The notes under the pieces are model-generated. The model saw only the letters and a list, made by a program, of their open reading frames with translations. It did no database searches and had not been told where the DNA came from. This document shows positions 1 through 8,442 of a stretch of DNA of 64,000 bases, piece after piece. This DNA is from an uncultured Eubacteriales bacterium (lineage in GTDB: Bacteria > Bacillota > Clostridia > Saccharofermentanales > UBA5734), in contig CAILLO010000077.1 of NCBI GenBank assembly GCA_903835065.1, positions 48,621-112,620 on the forward strand, read 5' to 3'. Position 1 is the first letter of the stretch, and each line of letters opens with the position of its first letter. Position numbers and translations under genes: made by a program.

Positions 1-47
1 TGGAAGTCGCCGCCGCGGATCGGGAACTGCAGGTGGACGGGAAGCAT
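1..47 (-). CDS. 5' fragment of a probable anti-sigma-factor-type Ser/Thr kinase (runs off the window)
   Basis: ATG at 47-45, 4 bp after the DRTGG gene stop; reads MLPVHLQFPIRGGDF, resembling the N-terminus of kinases that follow DRTGG genes in clostridial hydrogenase-associated clusters. Only 15 codons are visible. Confidence 0.5.
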   Translation of the reverse strand, partial: MLPVHLQFPIRGGDF

Positions 48-51
48 CTCT

Positions 52-402
52 TCAGGCGCCCTTCCCCTGGATGCCAGCCTGGTACAGGAGGCCGCAGGCC
101 GTGAACATCGGGTTCGACGTGCGCAGGACGCAGATGCCCTTCTCGCAGGCCAGCTCGACCATCGTAGGGTCCGGACGCTTGCCGCGCACGAAGACGAGGA
201 CCTTCACGTCCATCATCTCGGCGGTGCGGATCACCTGGAGGTTCACGAGCCCGGTCAGCATCATCTCGTTGGTGGAGCAGGCGAACGCCATCGCGTCGCT
301 CATGAGGTCCGCGCCGCAGGCGACCCGGATCTCGGTCTCCATGTCCTTCGCGGGCACGAGGACTTCCGCTGCAAGCAGGTCGACGCAGTCGCACAGTCTC
401 AT
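52..402 (-). CDS. DRTGG-domain protein
   Basis: C-terminal 116 aa of ORF 52..777, with ACGADLMSD, LTGLVN-QVIRTAEM and VFVRGKRP motifs; RBS GAAGGAAGGA upstream of the ATG at 402. Confidence 0.85.
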   Translation of the reverse strand: MRLCDCVDLLAAEVLVPAKDMETEIRVACGADLMSDAMAFACSTNEMMLTGLVNLQVIRTAEMMDVKVLVFVRGKRPDPTMVELACEKGICVLRTSNPMFTACGLLYQAGIQGKGA

Positions 403-420
403 CGATCGATTCCTTCCTTC

Positions 421-450
421 TTGACAGGAAGAGCGCGCCATTAGTACGAT
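421..450 (+). promoter_or_regulatory. sigmaA-type promoter of the zinc-ribbon gene
   Basis: TTGACA (421-426), 18 bp spacer, TACGAT (445-450). Confidence 0.55.
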
Positions 451-573
451 TGCACCAACGGGCTCACAGAGAACGGTCTCTCTTTCAGCACTTTGACGGA
501 TTCGCAGTCCGTCCGCGGAGCCGAAAGAAGATTCTTCCATCCCGAGTCCGAAATGCAAGGAGGGAATTCCATC

Positions 574-759
574 ATGCCAGACAAGATGCTCGTATGCAAG
601 GACTGTGGATCGCAATTCGCGTTCACCGAGGGAGAGCAGGCCTTCTACAAGGAAAAGGGCTTCGAGAACGACCCCGTCCGCTGCCCCGACTGCCGGAGGG
701 CCCGGAAGCAGCAGCGTCAGGGCGGCGGTGGCGGCGGCGGATACGACCGCGTTTGGTGA
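574..759 (+). CDS. small zinc-ribbon protein (zf-trcl type) with Gly-rich tail
   Basis: MPDKMLVCKDCG...FTEGEQAFYKEKGF-NDPVRCPDCR, two CxxC pairs; RBS AAGGAGGG. Confidence 0.9.
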   Translation: MPDKMLVCKDCGSQFAFTEGEQAFYKEKGFENDPVRCPDCRRARKQQRQGGGGGGGYDRVW

Positions 760-785
760 CGGTCGCGGCCCGGACATGGCGGGCC

Positions 786-828
786 GAGGAGGGCTCCCTG
801 GGGAAGGGGGCCCTCCTCTTGCCTTTCC
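786..828 (+). terminator. probable intrinsic terminator
   Basis: GAGGAGGGCTCCC...GGGGGCCCTCCTC stem followed by TTGCCTTT. Confidence 0.5.
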
Positions 829-852
829 GGGGGTGCTCTGCTCGCCGTCGCC

Positions 853-880
853 TTGCGCGCGGCCGTTCCGGGTCTATAAT
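853..880 (+). promoter_or_regulatory. pyk promoter
   Basis: TTGCGC, 16 bp spacer, TATAAT (875-880). Confidence 0.55.
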
Positions 881-912
881 GGATTCGACAATCAGGAAAG
901 AGGGTAGCTTCC

Positions 913-2652
913 ATGAGAAGGACCAAGATCGTCTGCACGCTCGGCCCGGCCGTCGACGGAGAGGAAATGCTCCGCCAGCTGATGGTCCACGGCATGAACG
1001 TCGCGCGCTTCAATTTCTCCCACGGGACGCACGAGGAGCACAAGGTCCGCATCGACATGCTGAAGAAGGTCCGCGTCGAGGTCGGCCTTCCGATGCCGCT
1101 CCTGCTCGACACGAAGGGCCCCGAGATCCGCACCGGGCTCTTCGCGGGCGGCAGGGTCGACCTCGTCGACGGCGGCGAGTTCACGATCGTCCACGACGAT
1201 ATCCTCGGGGACGCGACGCGCTGCTCGATCACGTACAAGGAGCTACCGCAGGACGTCGTCGCGGGCTCGCGCATCCTGATCGCCGACGGGCTCATCGAGC
1301 TCGACGTCGTCACCGTGCGGGGCCAGGACGTCGTCTGCCGCATCAAGAACGGCGGCACGCTCGGCGACCAGAAGGGCGTGAACCTGCCCGACATCGAGAT
1401 CCGTCTCCCCTCCCTGACGGCGAAGGACGTGGACGACATCCGGTTCGGCGTCGAGAACGGCTTCGATTTCATCGCCGCGTCATTCGTCCGCAAGCCCGCC
1501 GACGTGCTCGAGATCCGCAAGATCCTCGACCGCTTCGGCGCTCCCGACATCGCGATCATCGCCAAGATCGAGAACCGGGAGGGGCTGCGCAACTTCGACG
1601 AGATTCTCAAGGTCGCGGACGGCATCATGGTCGCGCGCGGCGACCTCGGCGTCGAGATCCCGATCGAACAGGTCCCCGTCGCCCAGAAGACGATGATCGA
1701 GAAGTGCTACCGCTACGGCAAGCCCGTGATCACCGCCACGCAGATGCTCGACTCGATGATCCGCAACCCCCGCCCGACCCGCGCCGAGGTCAGCGACGTC
1801 GCGAACGCCGTGATCGACGGCACGTCGGCCCTGATGCTGTCGGGAGAGACCGCCGCCGGCAAGTATCCGATCGAGAGCCTGTCGATGATGGCCAGTATCA
1901 CGGACCAGGCCGAGGCCTCGATCGACTACTGGAAGAAGTTCTCGGCGCTCAGCTACGAAGTCGTCCCGAGCGTGACCAACGCGATCAGCCACGCGACCTG
2001 CACCACCGCGATGGACCTGAAGGCCGGCGCGATCGTCACGGTCACTCACTCCGGTCGCACGGCGCGGATGATCTCCCGCTTCCGTCCCGCCTGCCCCATC
2101 ATCGCGACCACCGTCTTCCCCCGCCCCTACCGCCAGCTGTCTCTGTCCTGGGGCGTGCTCCCCTACCTCGTCGAGATGGTCGACACGACCGAGAAGATGT
2201 TCGACCTCGGCCTCGCCAAGGCTCAGGAATCGGGCCTGGTCGGCATCGGCGACACCGTGGTGATCACGGGCGGCTCGCCCGTCGGGATGAGCGGCACGAC
2301 GAACATCCTCAAGGTCGCGAACGTCGGCAGCATGCTCGTCATGGGGCGCAGCGCCGGCACGGGGTCCGCGACCGGCGAGGTCTGCGTCGTCGGCATGGAC
2401 GGCAAGGGCTTCGAGACGTTCCAGGAGGGCTGCGTCCTCGTCGCGCAGGACACGGGCAACGCCATGATGCCGTATCTCCGGAAGGCCGCGGCACTGGTCG
2501 TCGAGTCGACCGACCCCGCCTGCCACGCCGCGACGGTCGGACTCGCACTCGAGATCCCGGTGGTCGTCGGCGCGGAGAACGCGACGCACATCCTCAAGAC
2601 CGGCACGGTCGTCGTCGTCGACGCGGACCGCGGCACCGTCGGGAAGGCCTAG
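913..2652 (+). CDS. pyk: pyruvate kinase with C-terminal PEP-utilising (swivelling) domain
   Basis: RRTKIVCTLGP, LDTKGPEIRTG, MVARGDLGVEIP and MLSGETA motifs; extra C-terminal domain containing CHAATVG. Confidence 0.98.
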   Translation: MRRTKIVCTLGPAVDGEEMLRQLMVHGMNVARFNFSHGTHEEHKVRIDMLKKVRVEVGLPMPLLLDTKGPEIRTGLFAGGRVDLVDGGEFTIVHDDILGDATRCSITYKELPQDVVAGSRILIADGLIELDVVTVRGQDVVCRIKNGGTLGDQKGVNLPDIEIRLPSLTAKDVDDIRFGVENGFDFIAASFVRKPADVLEIRKILDRFGAPDIAIIAKIENREGLRNFDEILKVADGIMVARGDLGVEIPIEQVPVAQKTMIEKCYRYGKPVITATQMLDSMIRNPRPTRAEVSDVANAVIDGTSALMLSGETAAGKYPIESLSMMASITDQAEASIDYWKKFSALSYEVVPSVTNAISHATCTTAMDLKAGAIVTVTHSGRTARMISRFRPACPIIATTVFPRPYRQLSLSWGVLPYLVEMVDTTEKMFDLGLAKAQESGLVGIGDTVVITGGSPVGMSGTTNILKVANVGSMLVMGRSAGTGSATGEVCVVGMDGKGFETFQEGCVLVAQDTGNAMMPYLRKAAALVVESTDPACHAATVGLALEIPVVVGAENATHILKTGTVVVVDADRGTVGKA

Positions 2653-2669
2653 TCAGAACCGCGACGCCC

Positions 2670-3935
2670 CTACACGACCCGCAGCACCGACAGCGTCTTC
2701 ATGCCCGTCGCCTCGAGCCCCGCCAGCGCGCGGCGCAGGACGTCCTCCGCCACTTCCTCGGGTTCGCCGACGACGAAGGCGAGACCGCCCTCGGACAGAT
2801 CCGCGGGGCGGTACACGAACCGCGCGCCGCCGTGCGGCGCGAAGGCCGCCTGGATCGCGCCGCGCGGGTCGTCGGACGCCGTCGACGGGTCGAGGCGGAT
2901 GAGCAGGCGGACGGGGGTTTCGCCGAAGGGGGCGACCTCGGCCGGGTTGTCCCGGTGCCAGAGGTGGTAGTGCGGGGTCTTCCCGATGTGCATCACGCAT
3001 TCGACGACGTCCGCGACGACCGCGGAGGCCGTCGGCAGCTTGCCGGCGCCGCGTCCGTAGAACATGGCCTGCCCCAGCGCGTTGCCCTCGACGAGGATCG
3101 CGTTGAAGACGCCGTCGGCGACGGCGAGCGGGGAGCTCGCGGGGATCAGGGTCGGGCGGACCTGCGCGTCGAGGCGGCCGTCCTCGAGCCGGCGGCAGCT
3201 CGCGACCAGCTTGATGCGCGAACCGAGCGCCGCGGCGTAGGCCATGTCGGTCTGCGTCAGCGCGACGATGCCTTCCGTGCGGACGTCGCGGTAGTCGACG
3301 AACTGGTCGTAGGCGATGCTCGAGAGGATCGCGATCTTGCGGCACGCGTCGTGGCCCTCGACGTCCGCCGAGGGGTCCTTCTCCGCGTAGCCGGCCTCCT
3401 GCGCCTCGCGGAGCGCCTCGTCGAAGCCGACGCCCTCCTGCTGCATGCGCGTGAGGATGTAGTTCGTCGTGCCGTTCAGGATGCCCGAGATCGAGAGGAT
3501 CTCATTGGCGGCGAGGCACTTGTGCAGCGGGCGGATGATCGGGATGCCGCCGCCGACGCTCGCCTCGAACAGGTAGCTGATGCCGTTCTCGTGGGCGAGC
3601 TCCATCAGCTCCGGCCCGTACGCCGCGACGAGCTCCTTGTTGGACGTGACGACGTGTTTGCCGGCCGCGAGGGCGCGCTTCGTGAATTCATAGGCGATGC
3701 GGACGCCGCCGATCGTCTCGACGACGACGCGGATCTCCGGGTCGTCGAAGACGTCCGCCGGGTCCTTCGTCAGGCGGTCCTCGTAGCGGTCGCCGGGAAA
3801 GTCGCGGACGTCGAGGATGCGCTTGACGTGGATGTCCAGGCCGGCGCGGCGGCGGATGGCGGCCGCATTCATGTCGCAGACCTCCGCGACGCCGGTGCCG
3901 ACGGTTCCATATCCGAGGATCGCGATCTCGATCAT
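2670..3935 (-). CDS. hom: homoserine dehydrogenase
   Basis: ILGYGTVG, VVTSNK, FEASVGGGIP, GILNGTTNYIL, GYAEKDP-ADVEG and GRGAGKLPTASAV motifs. Confidence 0.97.
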   Translation of the reverse strand: MIEIAILGYGTVGTGVAEVCDMNAAAIRRRAGLDIHVKRILDVRDFPGDRYEDRLTKDPADVFDDPEIRVVVETIGGVRIAYEFTKRALAAGKHVVTSNKELVAAYGPELMELAHENGISYLFEASVGGGIPIIRPLHKCLAANEILSISGILNGTTNYILTRMQQEGVGFDEALREAQEAGYAEKDPSADVEGHDACRKIAILSSIAYDQFVDYRDVRTEGIVALTQTDMAYAAALGSRIKLVASCRRLEDGRLDAQVRPTLIPASSPLAVADGVFNAILVEGNALGQAMFYGRGAGKLPTASAVVADVVECVMHIGKTPHYHLWHRDNPAEVAPFGETPVRLLIRLDPSTASDDPRGAIQAAFAPHGGARFVYRPADLSEGGLAFVVGEPEEVAEDVLRRALAGLEATGMKTLSVLRVV

Positions 3936-3941
3936 CTTCGT

Positions 3942-4382
3942 TCAATCCCTCGCCATGATCTGCTGCTTGCGCACGCCGGGGATGTCCCCGATGCGGTCCA
4001 TCAGCCCCTCGAGACTGGAGTTCATCCGGTCGGTCTCGATCGCGACGGAGACGTCCGCGAGACCGTTGATCGGGATGTTCTGGTTGATCGTGAGGATATT
4101 GGCCTTCGCGTCCGCCAGGCAGTTGATGATGCCGGACAGGATACCGGGGAAGTCCTCGATCGCGAAGAGCACGGTGACGATGCGCCCGCGGGAGGTCTCG
4201 TAGAACGGGAACAGCGAATCCTTGTACTTGTAGTAGGCGCTGCGGGAGATGCCGACGCGCTGCACGGCGTCGTTGACGGAGTCGGCCTTGCCGGCGCTGA
4301 GCAGCCGCTTGACCTCCATGACCTTGACGAAGACCTCGGGAAGTACTTCCGCCTTGACCAGAAAGAACTCGCCCTCGTGCAT
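3942..4382 (-). CDS. thrR: HTH-ACT transcriptional regulator (ThrR/PheB, UPF0735)
   Basis: VLPEVFVKV, GISRSAYYKYKD and ANILTINQNIP motifs; directly upstream of hom. Confidence 0.85.
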   Translation of the reverse strand: MHEGEFFLVKAEVLPEVFVKVMEVKRLLSAGKADSVNDAVQRVGISRSAYYKYKDSLFPFYETSRGRIVTVLFAIEDFPGILSGIINCLADAKANILTINQNIPINGLADVSVAIETDRMNSSLEGLMDRIGDIPGVRKQQIMARD

Positions 4383-4464
4383 GCCGTTCCGCCCTCCCGC
4401 GCTGCCTCCCCGCAGGAGGCCTTCGCGGAAAGCGCCTCCCCTTGGGAGGAGGCGGCATCGTCGG

Positions 4465-4487
4465 AATGTCCTTGTGCGGAGTACAAT
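4465..4487. promoter_or_regulatory. candidate ThrR operator (imperfect inverted repeat)
   Basis: AATGTCCT-N7-AGTACAAT just downstream of the promoter. Confidence 0.5.
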
Positions 4488-4501
4488 TGTGCCTGCGGGA
4501 T

Positions 4502-4530
4502 ACTATATCATCGGGAGCCTCCAGATACAA
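4502..4530 (-). promoter_or_regulatory. sigmaA promoter of thrR-hom
   Basis: Minus strand TTGTAT, 17 bp spacer, TATAGT with extended -10 TGn. Confidence 0.7.
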
Positions 4531-4555
4531 GGGGCGCCGTGGCGACCGGCCTCCG

Positions 4556-5083
4556 TCAGTCCGGCAGGACCCACTCGGCGGAGATGCCCTCCGGCCCGGC
4601 GCCCGGCCGGACATGGAGCAGGACGGCCGACGGCTCCGCGGTCCCGGAATGCGCATGCGCCCGGGCAGTCCCCGGGTTCGCGAGCAGGAGCGGCGAGCGG
4701 GGGCCGTCGGCGGCGACGACGCGCCAGAGCGGGCGGTGGGTGTGGCCGAAGAGCACGGCGTCGACCGGCGGGCGTTGCAGGCGTGCGTAAGCGGCGAGGC
4801 GCTCGAGGCCGAGCTTGACGTCCTGCCGGTGCCCGTGCGTCAGCAGCAGCCGGTGCCCCTCGACCGTCACGACGGCATCGAGCGGGCAGCCGTGCGGGCA
4901 GCCGGCGTCGCCGTTGCCGCGCACGGCGGTCACGGGGACGCGGCCGAGCGCTTCGAGGTCCCGGGCGTCATCGCAGTGGTCTCCGAGGTGGAGGACCCGC
5001 TCGATCTCCGGGTGGGCGTCGAGCGTGCGCACCACGAAGGACAGGTCGCCGTGGGTATCGGCGACGACGAGCACGGTCGTCAC
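4556..5083 (-). CDS. YfcE/YsnB-family metallophosphoesterase
   Basis: ADTHG, HLGD, VRGNGD, LTHGH, FGHTH and NPG motifs. Confidence 0.93.
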   Translation of the reverse strand: MTTVLVVADTHGDLSFVVRTLDAHPEIERVLHLGDHCDDARDLEALGRVPVTAVRGNGDAGCPHGCPLDAVVTVEGHRLLLTHGHRQDVKLGLERLAAYARLQRPPVDAVLFGHTHRPLWRVVAADGPRSPLLLANPGTARAHAHSGTAEPSAVLLHVRPGAGPEGISAEWVLPD

Positions 5084-5679
5084 GGGTGCAGGCCCTCGGC
5101 GCTGAGCCGTTCGACCATGAGGCGCAGCGCGCGGCCGCGGTGGCTGATCGCGTGCTTCTCGTCGTTGTCCAGCTCGGCGGTCGTCCGGCCGCGCTCGGGC
5201 AGGTAGAAGACCGGGTCGTAGCCGAAGCCGCCCTGCCCGCGCATCTCGGAGGCGATCCGCCCCTCGCAGGTGCCGCGCACCGTGAAGGACGTGCCGTCCG
5301 GCCGGACGACCGCGATCGCGCAGACGAACTGTGCCGTGCGGGCTTCTTCGGGGACGCCGCGCAGCAGCTCCCAGAGCTTCGCGATCTTCTCGGGGTAAGT
5401 CGCGTCGGGTCCCGCGAAGCGGGCGGAATAGATGCCGGGCGCGCCGTCCAGCGCGTCGACCGCGAGCCCCGAGTCGTCGGCCATGACGAACCCGCCGGTC
5501 ACGGCGTGGACGGCCCTCGCCTTGATCAGGGCGTTCTCCTCGAAGGTCGCGCCGTCCTCCTCGATCTCGCCGGCGAAGCCAGCCTCCCGCATGGGGACGA
5601 CTTCGAAGGGCAGCCCGGCGAGGATCTCGTTGACCTCGCGGACCTTGTCGCGGTTGCCGGTCGCCAGGATGAATCTCAT
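5080..5679 (-). CDS. rdgB: XTP/dITP diphosphatase (Ham1 family)
   Basis: ATGNRDK, TFEENALIKA, DDSGL, PGIYSARF, GFGYDPVF and SHRGRAL motifs; start trimmed to MRFILATGN. Confidence 0.96.
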   Translation of the reverse strand: MRFILATGNRDKVREVNEILAGLPFEVVPMREAGFAGEIEEDGATFEENALIKARAVHAVTGGFVMADDSGLAVDALDGAPGIYSARFAGPDATYPEKIAKLWELLRGVPEEARTAQFVCAIAVVRPDGTSFTVRGTCEGRIASEMRGQGGFGYDPVFYLPERGRTTAELDNDEKHAISHRGRALRLMVERLSAEGLHP

Positions 5680-6962
5680 GTCGGGACCTTTCCGCCGATC
5701 AGCCGGGCGAGGGTGATGCCGGCGCCCAGCTGAGAGGACAGACGGCGGTATTCGGCGGCGGCGGCCGGGTCGGGCCGGCCGGTGCGCAGCGAGGTGACGA
5801 GCAGGTTCTTGGGCGTGTCGAGCGGCGAGACGTACTCGACGACCGTGGTCGCGTATCCGGCCGCGGAAAGCAGCAGGACGCGCATCGCGTCGGTCAGGAG
5901 GTCGGCCATCCGGGCGCGCAGCACGCCCTGGGAGACGAGCCCGCCCTCGAGGCCGGGCATCCGGTAGTCCTGCGACAGGAGCTCCTTCTGGCAGCACGGG
6001 ACGCAGGCGATCGCGTCGGCGCGGGCGCGGACGCCGGCGGCCATCGCGAGGTCGGTGGCGACGTCGCAGGCGTGCAGCGAGACCACGAGGTGCGGCGCCT
6101 CGGCCGGGGATGGCGCGTAGGTACGCAGGTCCTCGGCGCGGAACTCCATGTTGCGGTAGCCCAGGCGCTGTGCGCGGGCCTGCGAGGCCGCGACGACGCC
6201 TTCGGAGATGTCGAGGCCGAGGAAGGAGCACGGGTGCCCCAGCTTCTCCCGGATGTACCAGTTCAGTACGAAGGAGAGATAGGACTTGCCGCAGGCGCAG
6301 TCGAGCACGCGGAGACGCTCGTGCTTCGCGCACAGGTCGCGCAGCACGGGGTCGAGGCGGTCGACGAAGCGGTCGGTCTGGTCGTACTTGCGCAGCTTGT
6401 CGTTGCGCAGGCGACCGTTCGGGTCGAGGAAGCCCAGCTCGCGGAGGAGCGGACCGGCCTCGGCGGCTGGAACGCGGTAGTCGGAGGACGGGCCCGCCCA
6501 GCCGGGGGCGTCGTCCTCGTGGGAGTCGGCGGAGGCGGTCGTGGAGGATGAGGCGGACGGTCCGGAAGACGGGGCGCCCGCCGGGCGGATGCCGGACCTG
6601 CCGGCGGCCGCGGGCGGCAGGGACGACGCCGTCACGCCGCGCGGCCCGGCGGTCAGGCGGCGGCCGCCGCCCCGTTCGACGAGGCGGATGTCGGCGGCAT
6701 CGTACTGGACGGCGAGCTCGCGGATCCGCGCGAGGACATGCGCGGCGTCGCCCGTGGTGGTGCCGCCGGGGAAGACGAAGCGGTAGACGGGAGGCGCACC
6801 GGTGGCGGGGGAACCTGCACCGGCCAGGGTCACGGCCGCTGCGTGCTTGCGGGCCCCGCTCTCGAAGTCCGCCTCGAGGCGGACGAAGTCCTCGGGATCC
6901 TCGAGACGGCCCCGCAAGGCCGATAGCAGGAGGTCCAGCTGGTCGACGGTCGACTTCTTCAT
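5676..6962 (-). CDS. class I SAM-dependent methyltransferase (Methyltransf_32-like)
   Basis: VLDCACGKSYLSF, SLHACDVATD, VPCCQ and TPKN motifs. Confidence 0.85.
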   Translation of the reverse strand: MKKSTVDQLDLLLSALRGRLEDPEDFVRLEADFESGARKHAAAVTLAGAGSPATGAPPVYRFVFPGGTTTGDAAHVLARIRELAVQYDAADIRLVERGGGRRLTAGPRGVTASSLPPAAAGRSGIRPAGAPSSGPSASSSTTASADSHEDDAPGWAGPSSDYRVPAAEAGPLLRELGFLDPNGRLRNDKLRKYDQTDRFVDRLDPVLRDLCAKHERLRVLDCACGKSYLSFVLNWYIREKLGHPCSFLGLDISEGVVAASQARAQRLGYRNMEFRAEDLRTYAPSPAEAPHLVVSLHACDVATDLAMAAGVRARADAIACVPCCQKELLSQDYRMPGLEGGLVSQGVLRARMADLLTDAMRVLLLSAAGYATTVVEYVSPLDTPKNLLVTSLRTGRPDPAAAAEYRRLSSQLGAGITLARLIGGKVPT

Positions 6963-6978
6963 GCCCTTCCCTGCTCTC

Positions 6979-8442
6979 CTACTGTCTCCGCCAACCCGGC
7001 GGGTAGAGGTTCTTGAATTGTCCGCCGCCCTGCGGCTTCAGCCACCCGGTCGGAAACCCCATCACGACGGCGGCGGCGGATCCGCCCGCTTCCATCGCTC
7101 CGCCCGGTTCCGCGACGGACACGGTCTCCCCCTTAAGATACCGCAGCGCCGTCCCGTCTTCCACGGGCAGGTCGACGACGCGCTGGAGGTCGGCCCGCGC
7201 CAGGACCAGGGCGAGCGAATGCGAGGGCGAGAAGCGCAGTCCTCTGCGGTCCTCTGCGAATGAGCCCAGGTGGAATCCGCGCTTGAGGACGTGCAGGCGC
7301 GACAGATCGGGCGGATTGGAGGACAATAGGTGGACGTGCCCGCCGGACAGCGCGGCGTGCCGCGCGCCGGAGATCCAGGACGCGACCCGGTCCAGGGCTT
7401 CGGGCGCGAGCACCGGCTCGGCGAATCGTCGGAACGCGTCGCGCTCGGACGGTCCCAGCGGGGCGAACGTCGGCTTGCCCGTGCCGGTCGCGGATTCCGT
7501 CGAACCGCGCGCACCCGCGTCGTCCCCCGGCTTCTCGAGGCATGCGCAGAAGTGTCCGTCGCCGGGCGCTCGGTGCGGCCAGATGCGGGCCGCCGCGGAG
7601 AGGCCCCTCCCGAGGTCGAAGGCGTCGTCCATGCCGCCGGTCTTGGCGATCGGGACGGGCCGGTAGCCGGGGTGGCGGTCGAGGAAGGCCGCGACGGTCT
7701 CTTCGTCCTCGTCGGGCGAGAACGTGCAGGTCGAATAGACGAGCCGCCCTCCCGGCCGAAGAAGTTCGTCGGCCGCGTCGAGGATCGCGTCCTGCGCGCT
7801 CCGGCAACTGCCGTCGGCGTACTGCGCCCAGCGCGCGGCGGAGCCCGGGTCGCGGCGGAACATGCCCTCGCCCGAACAGGGCGCGTCGACGAGGATCCGG
7901 TCGAAATAGCCGGGCAGTCGCGCGGCGAGGCGGTCGGGCGATCCGACGGTCACCGCGGCCTGGGTCGCGCCGCACCGTTCGAGGTTGCGGACGAGGGCAC
8001 GGGCCCGGTCCTCGTGGAGGTCGTTCGCGAGCAGGAACCCCTCCCCGCCCATCGCCGAGGCGATCTGCACCGACTTGCCGCCCGGAGCGGCGCACAGGTC
8101 GAGCACGCGCTCGCCGGGCCGCGGAGCGAGGACTTCGACGGGCAGCATCGCGCTGGGTTCCTGCAGGTAGAAGAGGCCGGCGTCGTGCAGCGGGTGGCGG
8201 CCGGGCGCGCCGTCCCGCGCGAGGACCAGGCCGTCCGGGCACCAGGGCACGTCGGCGAGCGGCGCGGGCTCGCCCATCGCGGACAGCAGCGCGCGCAGGC
8301 CCTCCCGGGTGGTCCGCGGCGAGTTGGCCCGGATGCCGGAGACGAACGGAGCGTCGAAGCTCGCGAGGAACGCGGCGAACTCCTCCCCGTCCTCGGGGAA
8401 CCGGGGGCGGAGGCGCGCGACGAATCCGGGTGGAAGCTTCAC
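6979..8442 (-). CDS. RsmF/NOL1-NOP2-Sun family RNA m5C methyltransferase
   Basis: YLQEPSAM, VLDLCAAPGGKS, VDAPCSGEGMFR and YSTCTF motifs; C-terminal KNLYPPGWR. Confidence 0.93.
   Translation of the reverse strand: MKLPPGFVARLRPRFPEDGEEFAAFLASFDAPFVSGIRANSPRTTREGLRALLSAMGEPAPLADVPWCPDGLVLARDGAPGRHPLHDAGLFYLQEPSAMLPVEVLAPRPGERVLDLCAAPGGKSVQIASAMGGEGFLLANDLHEDRARALVRNLERCGATQAAVTVGSPDRLAARLPGYFDRILVDAPCSGEGMFRRDPGSAARWAQYADGSCRSAQDAILDAADELLRPGGRLVYSTCTFSPDEDEETVAAFLDRHPGYRPVPIAKTGGMDDAFDLGRGLSAAARIWPHRAPGDGHFCACLEKPGDDAGARGSTESATGTGKPTFAPLGPSERDAFRRFAEPVLAPEALDRVASWISGARHAALSGGHVHLLSSNPPDLSRLHVLKRGFHLGSFAEDRRGLRFSPSHSLALVLARADLQRVVDLPVEDGTALRYLKGETVSVAEPGGAMEAGGSAAAVVMGFPTGWLKPQGGGQFKNLYPPGWRRQ

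Noticed and set aside
450..4790. 1446-aa ORF and other very long alternative-frame or antisense ORFs (e.g. 7542..10343, 17618..20227, 21452..23998, 59592..62084)
   Set aside because: Arg/Pro/Gly-rich shadow frames of real genes, caused by stop-codon scarcity at high GC; no recognisable motifs.
6480..6660. Ser/Ala/Gly/Pro-rich insert in the methyltransferase, and similar inserts in GltX, RluA and RsmF
   Set aside because: In-frame low-complexity linkers with no intein or mobile-element hallmarks.
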